Shown: positions 38,029 to 46,538 of the stretch, piece after piece
Layout of the letters: every line of letters starts with the position of its first letter
How positions within the stretch are numbered: the first letter of the stretch is position 1
Source: a virus
Virus record (IMG/VR): IMGVR_UViG_3300036831_000050
Span: 1-64,000 of that record
Length of the DNA: 64,000 nucleotides
Strand: one strand, 5' to 3'
The notes under the pieces: model-generated
Told to the model about the DNA's origin: nothing
The model's database searches: none
Seen by the model: the letters and a program-made list of their open reading frames with translations, nothing else
Translations under genes and position numbers: made by a program

Positions 38029-38402
38029 GGTGCCCTCCTCGCGGCGGCGTTGAGCGCGTCTAGCGAGTGCTGCATGCGCTCCACCTCGTCCTTCAGCTCC
38101 ATGAGCTTCTGTTCGGTGTAGTGGGCCTCCAGGGGGATGGCGGCGCGCATCGCCTCCTCCATGGTGTCGAAGTCGCCAGCGCGTCCCTCCCATCGCTGCT
38201 GGTTCTTCCAGCGTTTGACGTGACTGCCCACCTCGTCCAGCGCCAGCACCCAGTCCTCGCGGTCGTCCTGGCCATCGCCAAAGCCACCATGGGCGCGCAG
38301 CCAGCGCAGCCCGTCAACCTCCACCTCGGCGTCGTACTTCATCTCCCGCCAGTGCCCCACCTTCAGCATGGCAGGCTGGTCCCAGTAGGTGATCTCGCTC
38401 AT
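38025..38402 (-). CDS. Hypothetical protein
   Basis: Coupled minus-strand operon gene. Confidence 0.6.
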   Translation of the reverse strand: MSEITYWDQPAMLKVGHWREMKYDAEVEVDGLRWLRAHGGFGDGQDDREDWVLALDEVGSHVKRWKNQQRWEGRAGDFDTMEEAMRAAIPLEAHYTEQKLMELKDEVERMQHSLDALNAAARRAP

Positions 38403-38962
38403 GTGATTCCCCTTCTACGGGCAAACTCAGGTCCGGTGCTAATGCCTGGCTCCCAGTCTCGCTGGCGCCCCTTGTCCGGGCCGGGGCCGAGCACGGCCTG
38501 CATTGCCGCGCGAGACTCGGCCTCGGTCTTCACGTCGCGGTCGCGGAAGCCGATCTCCAATGTGACGCCAGCCTCCATGACCCAGAGGTGGGTCTGGTTG
38601 GCCTGGTCCACTAGACGGCTCTCGCGCGGGAACAGCTCGAATGCCTCCCGCTCCCAGCCTGCGATCTCGTTCTTGATCGACTGGAGGTGACGCCAGTCAC
38701 GGGCAGGCTCGCGGTCGTACCGCTTGATCGACAGGTGCAGGGCGCCTCCCTTGCCGCGCGGCTCGATGTAGCGCACGATGACTTCGTACTGGTCGTTCGC
38801 CCACACCTCATGCACTTGGTCAACGAACGGATTGGCCGACGCCCCTGACGTGTGGAACGCCGCCATCTTCCTGACGAACTCCGGGTCGATGGGCCTCTGT
38901 GTCAGGGGTGTCCACCCAGAAGCCTCTCCACTCTCCGCCGTGCTCTGTGGTGACGGTTCCAT
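38399..38962 (-). CDS. Conserved phage hypothetical protein ('HLSI.R.D....W..LQ.IKNEI.G.E..A.E.FP....LVD.AN..HLW')
   Basis: Recognisable phage motif; true start may be downstream of 38962. Confidence 0.6.
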   Translation of the reverse strand: MEPSPQSTAESGEASGWTPLTQRPIDPEFVRKMAAFHTSGASANPFVDQVHEVWANDQYEVIVRYIEPRGKGGALHLSIKRYDREPARDWRHLQSIKNEIAGWEREAFELFPRESRLVDQANQTHLWVMEAGVTLEIGFRDRDVKTEAESRAAMQAVLGPGPDKGRQRDWEPGISTGPEFARRRGIT

Positions 38963-39155
38963 GCTGTATCGCTCCCTCGTTCGCTAGGTGTTGTAGGTGC
39001 CTGCCGAGCCAGCGCCGTTCGTTCCGGCGACGGCGGTTCAGCGACTTCCACTCCGGGGTGTCGGCCCAGAGGTAGTACAGGTCAGTGGCGGACTGCGGTT
39101 CGCTCGTAAGCAGCGGCACCGGGTCGCCGTACTTCTCGATGAGTGGGTGTGTCAT
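38820..39155 (-). CDS. Hypothetical protein
   Basis: MTHPLIEKY... start is coupled to the upstream small ORF; overlaps the next gene. Confidence 0.4.
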   Translation of the reverse strand: MTHPLIEKYGDPVPLLTSEPQSATDLYYLWADTPEWKSLNRRRRNERRWLGRHLQHLANEGAIQHGTVTTEHGGEWRGFWVDTPDTEAHRPGVRQEDGGVPHVRGVGQSVR

Positions 39156-39238
39156 AGCCGTGGCCAGTAGTAGCCGAGCATCATGCCCGCGATGAACGCG
39201 AGCACGCCGACCGCGAAGCACCAGCCGACGGTGCTCAT
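39152..39238 (-). CDS. 28-aa single-TM peptide
   Basis: MSTVGWCFAVGVLAFIAGMMLGYYWPRL; ATGA-coupled to the recombinase stop and to the next gene. Confidence 0.45.
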   Translation of the reverse strand: MSTVGWCFAVGVLAFIAGMMLGYYWPRL

Positions 39239-40257
39239 GCTGCCAGGCCCATGCGCCGAGCGAACTCCTCCGAGGCCGCCCCGAACGCAGAGGACACGTC
39301 ACTGTTCGCGAGCTTGACGTACTCCATGGTCTGCTCGATGCGAGCGTGACCGGCCGCGATCTGCATTTGGACCAGCGGGATGCCCGCAGCGGCCCAGCCA
39401 GTGATGGCAGTGTGACGCAGGCGATGCCAGCGCCACGGTCCCAGGATGCCCAGCGACTCGCGGAAGCTCCGCACGCTGAGCGGTGCGAGCTGCTGATCGC
39501 GCAGCCCGTCACGTGTCAGGGCCAGCCACGGTGAATCGTGGTCCGGCCTTAGCAGCCAACGCAAGTCCAGCCATTCGCGCATGCACTCCCTGGCGTGGGG
39601 GAAGTAGGGCACGGCACGCATCTGCGGCACGCCCGGTCCCTTCTTCGCGGTCCTGACCACCACGTCGGTGTTGTCGTAGTGGAGCGCCGGGATGGTAAGC
39701 GTCATGATCTCGATGCTGCGTAGCCCCTCCTCGATGGCGAGCGCGATCTGTGCCTCCAACTGCACGCGCCGTGCGTGGCGCAGGAGGTGACGGCGCATCG
39801 CCGGAGACTTGCCCTGCACGAACCGCGTGAGCAGGCGAGACCCGCGCCCGTAGGCAGGCAGCGCCGGGTACACCTCAGCCAAGCGGCGCCGCATCTCCGC
39901 GACTTCGCTCTGCTTGTAGGGGTTCGGCTTGCCGTGGCTGGTGCTGCCACGCGGGTTAGGAACAGACTGAAGTTGAAGCGTACGGTCCGTGTCGATGAGA
40001 TCGGCCTCGCTAGCCCAGGTGATGAACGAGCGGATCATGATGCGGTACTTGCGCGTGGTGTTCGGGGACACACCGCGCTTCAGCTCGGCGCCCAGGAACG
40101 TGGTGAAGTCCTGTCGCGTCAGCTCGATGAGCGGGTGGTCCAGTCCGGCCTCGAAACGACGAAGGACGCGGAGCTGTTCGCCGCGCCGGTCGGGACTGAT
40201 GCTGTTCACCTCAAGGTACTCGGCCTCGAAGCGGGAGAGGAGTGTGTCGGTGTCCAT
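39235..40257 (-). CDS. Tyrosine recombinase (XerC/D- or Cre-type, no arm-binding domain)
   Basis: SAM-like N-domain 'GVSPNTTRKY...IRSFITW'. Catalytic set: R (GLRSIE), K, HxxR (HRLRH), GH and Y (TMEY). Confidence 0.9.
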   Translation of the reverse strand: MDTDTLLSRFEAEYLEVNSISPDRRGEQLRVLRRFEAGLDHPLIELTRQDFTTFLGAELKRGVSPNTTRKYRIMIRSFITWASEADLIDTDRTLQLQSVPNPRGSTSHGKPNPYKQSEVAEMRRRLAEVYPALPAYGRGSRLLTRFVQGKSPAMRRHLLRHARRVQLEAQIALAIEEGLRSIEIMTLTIPALHYDNTDVVVRTAKKGPGVPQMRAVPYFPHARECMREWLDLRWLLRPDHDSPWLALTRDGLRDQQLAPLSVRSFRESLGILGPWRWHRLRHTAITGWAAAGIPLVQMQIAAGHARIEQTMEYVKLANSDVSSAFGAASEEFARRMGLAA

Positions 40258-40281
40258 GTGGGTCTCCGTGTCGGGTGATGG

Positions 40282-40317
40282 GGCGCGGTGCTACACGGTA
40301 CGGTGTAGCACCGCGCC
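40282..40317. repeat. 36-bp near-perfect palindrome (15-bp arms, 6-bp spacer) upstream of the recombinase
   Basis: GGCGCGGTGCTACAC-GGTACG-GTGTAGCACCGCGCC. Confidence 0.9.
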
Positions 40318-40325
40318 TGAGGCAA

Positions 40326-41165
40326 CTACGTGGCGAAGGGGTCGTCGCCCTCCTGCTGGAACTCCGGCTCGGTCGGCACGCCGGGACGCTCCTCTTCGAC
40401 ACGCGCACCCACGGCGGCCAGCTCGCCGCCCTCGACCGGCTCAGTAGTCGAACCAGTCGTCCCAGCGGCGTCGGCTGGGGTAGGGTCCGGCTCGGGGGTA
40501 GAGGCAGACTCCTGTCCACCCGTAGGAGGCGCTGAGGGAGCCGGAGCGGCCGTCTGAGCGGCAGCCTTGGCCCCGGCCTTGGAGCCGGTCCCGTTCCGCG
40601 ATGCCCCGGCCTTGGCGGAGGACCGCTTCGGCTTCGGCTTGGCGCCGGACAGGGCGGCCTCGGCAGCGGTGAGCTGCTTCAGCTCGTCGGCCCGGTTGGC
40701 CTCCAGCTTGGCGTGCGAGTCCTTCTCGCTGTTGTAGACCTTCTCGGCCTCAGCGACACGCCGCGCCGACTCGGTGATCTGCGCCTCGATCTCCGACTTG
40801 CGGTGCCTGATCGCCTGGAGTGGCGTCATGGCCCTCGCCTCAGCGACCGGAGCGGGCGCAGGGGCAGGCGTGGGGCGCCGTGGCGCCCTCCGCGTGGTGC
40901 TCTTGCGTGTCGCGCTCCGTCGCGTGCTCGGCTTGCGAGTGGTGCTCTTACGAGCCGTGCTCTTCCGGGCAGTGCTCTTGCGAGCGGTGGTGCGCTTGGC
41001 ACCGGCACGCTTGGTGGTGGCACCCGACGCGCCCATGCGGCGAATGTGCTGGTAGATGCTGTTGACGTTGACCTTGAGCGTCTTCGCCACTTCGGCGGGA
41101 GTCTTGCCCTGGTCAAGCAGGTCTTTGACCTGCTTCTGCTTCGGTGTGAGTGTGGCAGTGGCCAT
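40326..41165 (-). CDS. HTH DNA-binding protein with basic TARKS repeats and coiled coil
   Basis: 'LTPKQKQVKDLLDQGKTPAEVAKTLKVNVNSIYQHIRR' (LuxR/sigma4-like HTH) followed by TARKS pentapeptide repeats; GAGGAGG RBS. Confidence 0.75.
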   Translation of the reverse strand: MATATLTPKQKQVKDLLDQGKTPAEVAKTLKVNVNSIYQHIRRMGASGATTKRAGAKRTTARKSTARKSTARKSTTRKPSTRRSATRKSTTRRAPRRPTPAPAPAPVAEARAMTPLQAIRHRKSEIEAQITESARRVAEAEKVYNSEKDSHAKLEANRADELKQLTAAEAALSGAKPKPKRSSAKAGASRNGTGSKAGAKAAAQTAAPAPSAPPTGGQESASTPEPDPTPADAAGTTGSTTEPVEGGELAAVGARVEEERPGVPTEPEFQQEGDDPFAT

Positions 41166-41203
41166 GCGGCCCCTCCTCTGGTTGGTTGATGTGTAGCTCA
41201 CGG

Positions 41204-41220
41204 TGTTGCACTGTACTACA
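41204..41220. promoter_or_regulatory. 17-bp operator copy (TGTTGCA-CTG-TACTACA)
   Basis: Intergenic, upstream of the HTH gene. Confidence 0.55.
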
Positions 41221-41228
41221 GGTGGCGG

Positions 41229-41396
41229 TTAGTTGTGAGATGTTTCTGCCAGTTCGTCCACCATCTCGGCGGCGGACTCATGGCTCATGCCGAACGTCTG
41301 GCCCAGCGCGTCGATGATTTCGTCACGCGGGTACTCCAGCGTCAGGCACAGGCGTGTCATCGCTTCCGGCGTTGTCAGCCTGCTCGGTATCGACAT
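41229..41396 (-). CDS. Small hypothetical protein (55 aa); not in ORF track
   Basis: MSIPSRLTTPEAM... with GAGGAG RBS. Confidence 0.45.
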   Translation of the reverse strand: MSIPSRLTTPEAMTRLCLTLEYPRDEIIDALGQTFGMSHESAAEMVDELAETSHN

Positions 41397-41739
41397 GACG
41401 CTCTCCTCTCAGGCGTCGGCGGGCCTCGTCGGCCAGCATGAACTTGACGGTGCGGCCAAGACTGGTCCCCAGCACGGCCTCGGGTTCCTTCAGCGTGCCA
41501 CTGTCCCCAGGTGCCAGCCAGGACCCGTACTGGCAGTGGAAGTAGACCTTGCGCGTCCCGTCCACGATGATGCGGGCATGCCAGTAGCCGCCCGTGGGAT
41601 GGCGGCCGAAGGTGTCTTGGCCACGGGCGTCCTTGTCGTATCGGATGCGGCGCAGCTCGTAGTCCTCACCGATGGCCTGGTTGAGCGCCTGTCGGGCGGC
41701 TCGGCTGGCCCGCTCGACTGCCGTGTCAGTCCTCGCCAC
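41323..41739 (-). CDS. Hypothetical protein
   Basis: GGAGG RBS. Confidence 0.55.
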   Translation of the reverse strand: MARTDTAVERASRAARQALNQAIGEDYELRRIRYDKDARGQDTFGRHPTGGYWHARIIVDGTRKVYFHCQYGSWLAPGDSGTLKEPEAVLGTSLGRTVKFMLADEARRRLRGERHVDTEQADNAGSDDTPVPDAGVPA

Positions 41740-41908
41740 CTCCCACCTCCAGTTGCGTCGTAATGGTGGTCACGCAGCAGCCCCGGCACACGGGGCATGC
41801 GATGCGTAGGGTGGGCGCGCCGATCTGGCCCTCGCCCTGGCAGCGTCCGCACGGCACGACGGCGACCCCGGCCATCGCCCGCTCGATGAGTGCTCTCTCG
41901 CCGTTCAT
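41726..41908 (-). CDS. Small DnaJ-type Zn-finger protein
   Basis: CGRCQGEG...CPVCRG. Confidence 0.55.
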   Translation of the reverse strand: MNGERALIERAMAGVAVVPCGRCQGEGQIGAPTLRIACPVCRGCCVTTITTQLEVGGGED

Positions 41909-42240
41909 GACTCCTCCAGTTCTCGTAGTCGTGTGCGACCGTGGTCGGTGATGGTGTAGTAGACGCGCCGTCCTCGGAAGAACGCACCGCTCCGGCGCGC
42001 TGGCTTGGCGTAGTTGTGGTGGGACAGGCGCACGAAGACCTTTTGCAGCGTGCGCTCGTTCCAGCGGTTAGGCTCGTCCTCGGTCCAGCTATGCGCACTG
42101 CCCGTGCCCTTGCGCTCTGTCATGACGCGCAGCACGACTCTCTCCTCATAGGTATGCAGTGCTCGGCGGTACTTGTAGGCCCTGGAGATTTTTCGCCACG
42201 GCGAAGTCCGCCTCTTACGACGCAACTTGAGTGGCGTCAT
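41905..42240 (-). CDS. Basic winged-helix-like protein
   Basis: MTPLKLRR...; C-terminal 'YYTITDHGRTRL' wing motif. Confidence 0.5.
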   Translation of the reverse strand: MTPLKLRRKRRTSPWRKISRAYKYRRALHTYEERVVLRVMTERKGTGSAHSWTEDEPNRWNERTLQKVFVRLSHHNYAKPARRSGAFFRGRRVYYTITDHGRTRLRELEES

Positions 42241-42968
42241 AGGGCACGCCTCGACTCTGCGATGGCCAGCCCCGTGTCTCCCACCCACGGGTTTGGCAGG
42301 CCGTGAATGCGGACCACGGTGGGCGACCAGCGGTCGTAGATGTCGGCCGCAGTGCTCATGCCCTGGCCCAGCAGGCCCTCGCCAATGCTGTCGTGACTGA
42401 CGAACAGGTCGAACAGCACGCCGTCAACCGGCTCGATGCTGCTCGGGTCCACCGTGTAGAAGTCGTCGCACACGATGTCCAGCTTGTCGTGGGGCACGTG
42501 GGGCGCCACCAGCCTTATCACGTCCCGCTCGCGCTCAACGACCGTGATGTGCTCGACGCGGGGGTTCGCGGTCAGCGTGTGGACCATGAGGCCCAGGCCG
42601 AGGCCAGCACACAGCACGTGGCCGGTCAACGCCTCCGCGTGCTCCTCCATCGCCCACCAGTGCGGCGGGTCGTCCACCATCCACGTCTTACCACCAATCT
42701 GGAGATCAGTGATAGGCAGCGGGCGGTTGTTCTCGAAGTACAGGAAGCCGCGCTGCATGTAGTTCCGGTAGATGCCGGGTGTGTACTGGAACGTCACGAT
42801 CTCCGCCTTGCCCACGCGGGTGCGCGGGTAGTCGGTGGCTGGCGTGTGCCAGGCGTCCAGCCTCACGGTGTCACTGCGCAGCGGGCCACTGGTGATGCCG
42901 CCGCACGTGAGGCAGACGTACTGCTTCGGGCGCACCGACGGGCGCAGGCATGTGCACTGGTTGGGCAT
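42237..42968 (-). CDS. Class I SAM-dependent methyltransferase (spermidine-synthase-like fold)
   Basis: 'GHVLCAGLGLG', 'ITVVERERDVI', 'DIVCDDF' and 'DGVLFD'. Confidence 0.75.
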   Translation of the reverse strand: MPNQCTCLRPSVRPKQYVCLTCGGITSGPLRSDTVRLDAWHTPATDYPRTRVGKAEIVTFQYTPGIYRNYMQRGFLYFENNRPLPITDLQIGGKTWMVDDPPHWWAMEEHAEALTGHVLCAGLGLGLMVHTLTANPRVEHITVVERERDVIRLVAPHVPHDKLDIVCDDFYTVDPSSIEPVDGVLFDLFVSHDSIGEGLLGQGMSTAADIYDRWSPTVVRIHGLPNPWVGDTGLAIAESRRAL

Positions 42969-43231
42969 CAGATGACGCCCTCCACTGCCCAGCCAAAGCT
43001 CCCCCAGCGCGGCTCGGTCGGGGCCTTCGGACCGACCAGGCGCACGCGGTGCTCGACGCGATTGCGTGGCTGGTAGCTGCGCTCGATCTCGTTGGAATCA
43101 CTCTCGCTGGCGGGCCGACACATGTCGAAGCGCAGCATGTCGATGGGGAACTGGCCGGTGCCAGCGACGGTGAAGTTGTACGTCCGGGGAATCTTCGGGT
43201 AGGTTCGCGGGACGCCTCTAGCTCGGGTCAT
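42968..43231 (-). CDS. Conserved small phage protein ('FTV.G.G.FP.DMLR.D.C.P')
   Basis: Coupled ORF with a recognisable phage motif. Confidence 0.6.
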   Translation of the reverse strand: MTRARGVPRTYPKIPRTYNFTVAGTGQFPIDMLRFDMCRPASESDSNEIERSYQPRNRVEHRVRLVGPKAPTEPRWGSFGWAVEGVI

Positions 43232-43866
43232 GTCAACTCCGTTCGGTTGGGATCGTATGGCAGCTTGAGAATCGGGAAGTCGTGGCGGCTGTTGTCGTAC
43301 CGGGCCGGGTCGTGCTGTTCGAGGGAATGGTGGATCAGCTCCGAGGTGAGGCGGTCCAGCATCGGGAGGCCGAACTTGCCGTCGTGGTCGTTGACCAACC
43401 GCACATCGAAAGTTAGGCCGTAGTAGCCCCAGTGCTCGGGCGGCAGGAACTTCATCTTGGTCTCGGGACTGCGCGCCCTGTCCAAGTGCTGTAGCGGGAA
43501 TGTCAGCTCCAGCATCTCACCGTCCGGCGCCACACACCAGGCGTGAGCCAGTGGCACGCCGTAGCCTGTCGTGTAGTAGCCCTCGCAGTAGGTCAGCGAC
43601 GGGTCGGCGTTGGCGGCGTTCTGTGCGTTGGCGAAGCAGTGCCCCAGGTCGCCTTGGTGCGGCATGTACTGGGCGGGCAGCAGGCGGCCGGGGTAGAACT
43701 TGCCGTGCCTGAGCGCAAGGTCAGCACCCCCGCGATAAACGTAGCCGTCACCTGGCGAAAATTGCGCAGCCTCTTCCAGTCGCTTACGACGCAGCTCAAG
43801 TTCACGGGTAAGCGATGTGCGCACGCGCTCCTCGGGACTGGGCAGCACGCCGTCAAGGAAGGTCAT
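43228..43866 (-). CDS. Hypothetical protein with papain/transglutaminase-like Cys-His motif
   Basis: 'GHCFANA...YCEGY.....HAWCV'. Confidence 0.45.
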   Translation of the reverse strand: MTFLDGVLPSPEERVRTSLTRELELRRKRLEEAAQFSPGDGYVYRGGADLALRHGKFYPGRLLPAQYMPHQGDLGHCFANAQNAANADPSLTYCEGYYTTGYGVPLAHAWCVAPDGEMLELTFPLQHLDRARSPETKMKFLPPEHWGYYGLTFDVRLVNDHDGKFGLPMLDRLTSELIHHSLEQHDPARYDNSRHDFPILKLPYDPNRTELT

Positions 43867-44651
43867 TGCCGCTGCTCCCACCTCTCCAGCGTCGTAGCCG
43901 CGACGGCGCGTGCGTCGGCCGTGGACTGGAACTGGTGTCCACGGGCCTCGGCCATGCAGAGCTGCTGAAGTGACTCGATGTGCTCCTCGGCCGCCGCGAG
44001 CCGCTTGAGCAGGTAATCAACGTCCTCGGCGGAGTGTGCGATGAAGTCGGCGTCTGGGACGTGTAGACCCTTGAAGTCCTCACGGTAGAGCGCGTCCTTC
44101 ACGCCGATGGCGCCGCCCTGGTCCATCTCCCACTGCGCCTTGGTCCTGTAGCCCAGCACCTCGTACCGTGGGCCGGACTCGCGGTAGGACCGCATCGAGC
44201 CGTCGAAGCGGAACCGTATGTCAGGGTGGACCTGCACGCCGCGAATCAGGTTGGGGAACTGATCGCTGCTACGGCCGAACTCCAATTGGAGCCAAGTCTC
44301 GAAGCGACGGCTGGCCTCGGCCGGGTCCATGTCGCCGCGCATGAACTCGCGCAGCTCGTCACACAGGCACGGCGGCGGGAAGTCCAGATCGGAGTCACTG
44401 TGCGCAGGGCACCACTTGCCGATGACATTCGCGCGAGCCTGCTCCAGTGTGTAGCTCTCCATCTCGTCCTCGTCGTAGACGTACTGCTCGTTGCGCAGCG
44501 TGGGGGTCATGATGTAGAGGCGCCCACGGTCCGGTGTGCCAAGGTAAACCTGATCGGTCTCCGTGTTGCCGAACCAGTCCCACGGCGGCGGGGTGATGCT
44601 CTCGAAGCGTTCGCGAATCTCGTCCAGCTTGCTGCCGCTGACGGTTGTCAT
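43863..44651 (-). CDS. Ead/Ea22-like protein
   Basis: N-terminal 'TPPPW' and C-terminal 'DADFIAHS..DV..LL' followed by a coiled coil. Confidence 0.5.
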   Translation of the reverse strand: MTTVSGSKLDEIRERFESITPPPWDWFGNTETDQVYLGTPDRGRLYIMTPTLRNEQYVYDEDEMESYTLEQARANVIGKWCPAHSDSDLDFPPPCLCDELREFMRGDMDPAEASRRFETWLQLEFGRSSDQFPNLIRGVQVHPDIRFRFDGSMRSYRESGPRYEVLGYRTKAQWEMDQGGAIGVKDALYREDFKGLHVPDADFIAHSAEDVDYLLKRLAAAEEHIESLQQLCMAEARGHQFQSTADARAVAATTLERWEQRQ

Positions 44652-44881
44652 CGGTCCTCCTCTAGCGCGCGGTTTACGTGGTCGATGACCTGCTGGCGGC
44701 TGGTCACTTCTTCAACGGGGAGTGCGGGCTGGCCGATGGCGATGTAGCAGGCGTCACAGATGACGGTCTCGCCATCGAATGTGCCGTCATCGTCCATGCT
44801 GTCGTACCCGCCATAGACGGACACACACTCGCGCCCCTCGTAGCAGTTCGGGGATCGCTTGGCTCGGCACTTGATCTGCAT
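44648..44881 (-). CDS. Small Cys-rich protein
   Basis: MQIKC...C...CDAC; coupled. Confidence 0.5.
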   Translation of the reverse strand: MQIKCRAKRSPNCYEGRECVSVYGGYDSMDDDGTFDGETVICDACYIAIGQPALPVEEVTSRQQVIDHVNRALEEDR

Positions 44882-45111
44882 TACACGCTCTCCTCTTGGT
44901 GGTGGACACTGGCGGCGGGAAGGTCGCCTAGCACGGCGCCGAGATCGGCCTCGGCCGCCTCGCGCGTGCGGTAGGTCATGAACTCGCCCCGGTTGGTGGC
45001 GTAGACCTTGATGACGGCCTTGCCGCCGCACTCGATGACGAACTCGGCCGGTACGGTGGCGGCGATGGCCTCGGCCGTGGCCTTGCCGGTGGTGTAGGTG
45101 ACGGCACTCAT
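44881..45111 (-). CDS. Small hypothetical protein
   Basis: Coupled ORF. Confidence 0.5.
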   Translation of the reverse strand: MSAVTYTTGKATAEAIAATVPAEFVIECGGKAVIKVYATNRGEFMTYRTREAAEADLGAVLGDLPAASVHHQEESV

Positions 45112-45269
45112 GCTGGTGTCACGTCCACCAGACCGACGATGTGGAAGTTGGATAGCGCCGACTCCACGTCCAGCGCGATGCCAGCGGCATCGACATCGCC
45201 GTCCTCGATGTAGAAGTCGTCGTCCTCCTCGATCTCGACCTGCACGCGAATCTCAACAACCACACTCAT
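45108..45269 (-). CDS. Small acidic protein (53 aa); not in ORF track
   Basis: MSVVVEIRVQVEIEEDDDFYIEDGDVD...; ATGA-coupled at both ends. Confidence 0.5.
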   Translation of the reverse strand: MSVVVEIRVQVEIEEDDDFYIEDGDVDAAGIALDVESALSNFHIVGLVDVTPA

Positions 45270-46483
45270 AGCTGCCTCGCTCTCTCGATTCCGGCGTCGG
45301 TGAGCTGGCGTCCGCCGTGGGTCACGCAGACGTAGCCCTCCTCGATCAGGTACGGCTCAACGAACAGCGCCACGGCCTTGGTGTCGCGTGAGTGGCCCAG
45401 CGCCGTGGCGATGGTGTTCACGCTGGCCTGGTAGATGACAGTGTTGTCCACCCGCCGCGTCCGCTTGGAGCGGAGCAGGGACTTGAGCATCTTCTGCATG
45501 TCGATGGTCAGGCCGTCTAGCGTGCAGCCGTTCAGATCGCGGACCACGGCCTCCGCGTCGGCATCGGTCACGGGATCGCAGCCGAGCGCCATCGCATTGC
45601 GGACGTAGGTGTTGACCTGCCTCGGGTTACGCCGTGACGCAAGTCCGAAGATAGCCTCGGCCTCTGGTGTCAGGTGCACTCCGAGCTGCTGCCCGTTGAG
45701 GTGGGCCAGACTGGTCATGTCCGCGAAGGTGTAGGGGTCCAGCGTCAGGGTCAGCGGGAAGCGGTTGCAGAACGCTTCCGGCAGCAGGCCGATGTCGGTG
45801 GTGCAGCCGATGAAGGTCACGGCCGGGAAGGGCAGCATGCCGCTCTGTGTCGGCAGCCGACGGTCCTCCATGACGTGATAGAAGTCCTCGGGGTCGGCAG
45901 CCTGCGTGACGCCTCGCCTGTCGCCGGAGACCTGCTGATGAATCTCGTCCACGATGACGACATCGCCGTCCTCGCAGGTCGTGCGCAGCGCGTCCAGCGT
46001 CGCCAGATCGACCGGGGCCTTGATCTGGTACACACGCCGTCCGCACTCATGAGCGACGACCTGTGCCAGCGTGGTCTTGCCGGTGCCCGACTGGCCAGCC
46101 AGCATGATGTGGTCCAACGGACGACCTGAAGTTCTGCTGTTAGCAACGATGCGGGCCATGAGGCGCTTGAGCCTGTCCTGGCCGATCATCGTGTCGAACG
46201 TGGACGGCCGCAACTTGTTGCCGCTGCGGTCATCGAAGCTCAGTGGCTTGAGCTGGACCTTCGGGCCGGTGGCACCGTCGCCCCAGATGGCCTGGTGAAT
46301 CGCGCGCATCTCCCGGGAGAGCGGGTCCTGGCCAACCTCACGCATGAAGTTGGGGTAGCGGTCGTGGAGACTCTGGCCGTGGCCAGCGGGCACGCGGCCG
46401 GTCGGTGTGCCGCCGCCGTGGTCATGGTGTCGGGCGATGCGGGCGGTGCGAGAAAGATCGTGATGGTGCATGTGTGCTCCCAT
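45266..46483 (-). CDS. ruvB: RuvB-like Holliday junction branch-migration ATPase
   Basis: 'LRPSTFDTMIGQ', 'LDHIMLAGQSGTGKTTLA', 'IVDEIH', 'TFIGCTT..GLL...F.NRF' and C-terminal 'VEPYLIEEGY...T.GGRQLT' winged helix. Confidence 0.88.
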   Translation of the reverse strand: MGAHMHHHDLSRTARIARHHDHGGGTPTGRVPAGHGQSLHDRYPNFMREVGQDPLSREMRAIHQAIWGDGATGPKVQLKPLSFDDRSGNKLRPSTFDTMIGQDRLKRLMARIVANSRTSGRPLDHIMLAGQSGTGKTTLAQVVAHECGRRVYQIKAPVDLATLDALRTTCEDGDVVIVDEIHQQVSGDRRGVTQAADPEDFYHVMEDRRLPTQSGMLPFPAVTFIGCTTDIGLLPEAFCNRFPLTLTLDPYTFADMTSLAHLNGQQLGVHLTPEAEAIFGLASRRNPRQVNTYVRNAMALGCDPVTDADAEAVVRDLNGCTLDGLTIDMQKMLKSLLRSKRTRRVDNTVIYQASVNTIATALGHSRDTKAVALFVEPYLIEEGYVCVTHGGRQLTDAGIERARQL

Positions 46484-46499
46484 TCGGTAGGGCGGAGAG

Positions 46500-46516
46500 T
46501 GTAGCAGCGTGCCACA
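46500..46516. promoter_or_regulatory. 17-bp operator copy (TGTAGCA-GCG-TGCCACA) overlapping a leftward extended -10 (TGCTACACT)
   Basis: Intergenic upstream of ruvB; embedded in a longer inverted repeat CGGAGAGTGT...ACACTCTCCG. Confidence 0.65.
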
Positions 46517-46538
46517 CTCTCCGCACTGTCGTGGTTGG

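Noticed and set aside
39235-40317. Protelomerase with telRL site
   Set aside because: The protein is 340 aa with a XerC/D-type layout and HxxR motif, and the palindrome centre is asymmetric. A resolvase or integrase fits better, though protelomerase is not formally excluded.
40920-41010. Functional eukaryotic histone H3 tail mimicry
   Set aside because: The host is bacterial, and such basic low-complexity repeats arise readily in DNA-binding proteins.
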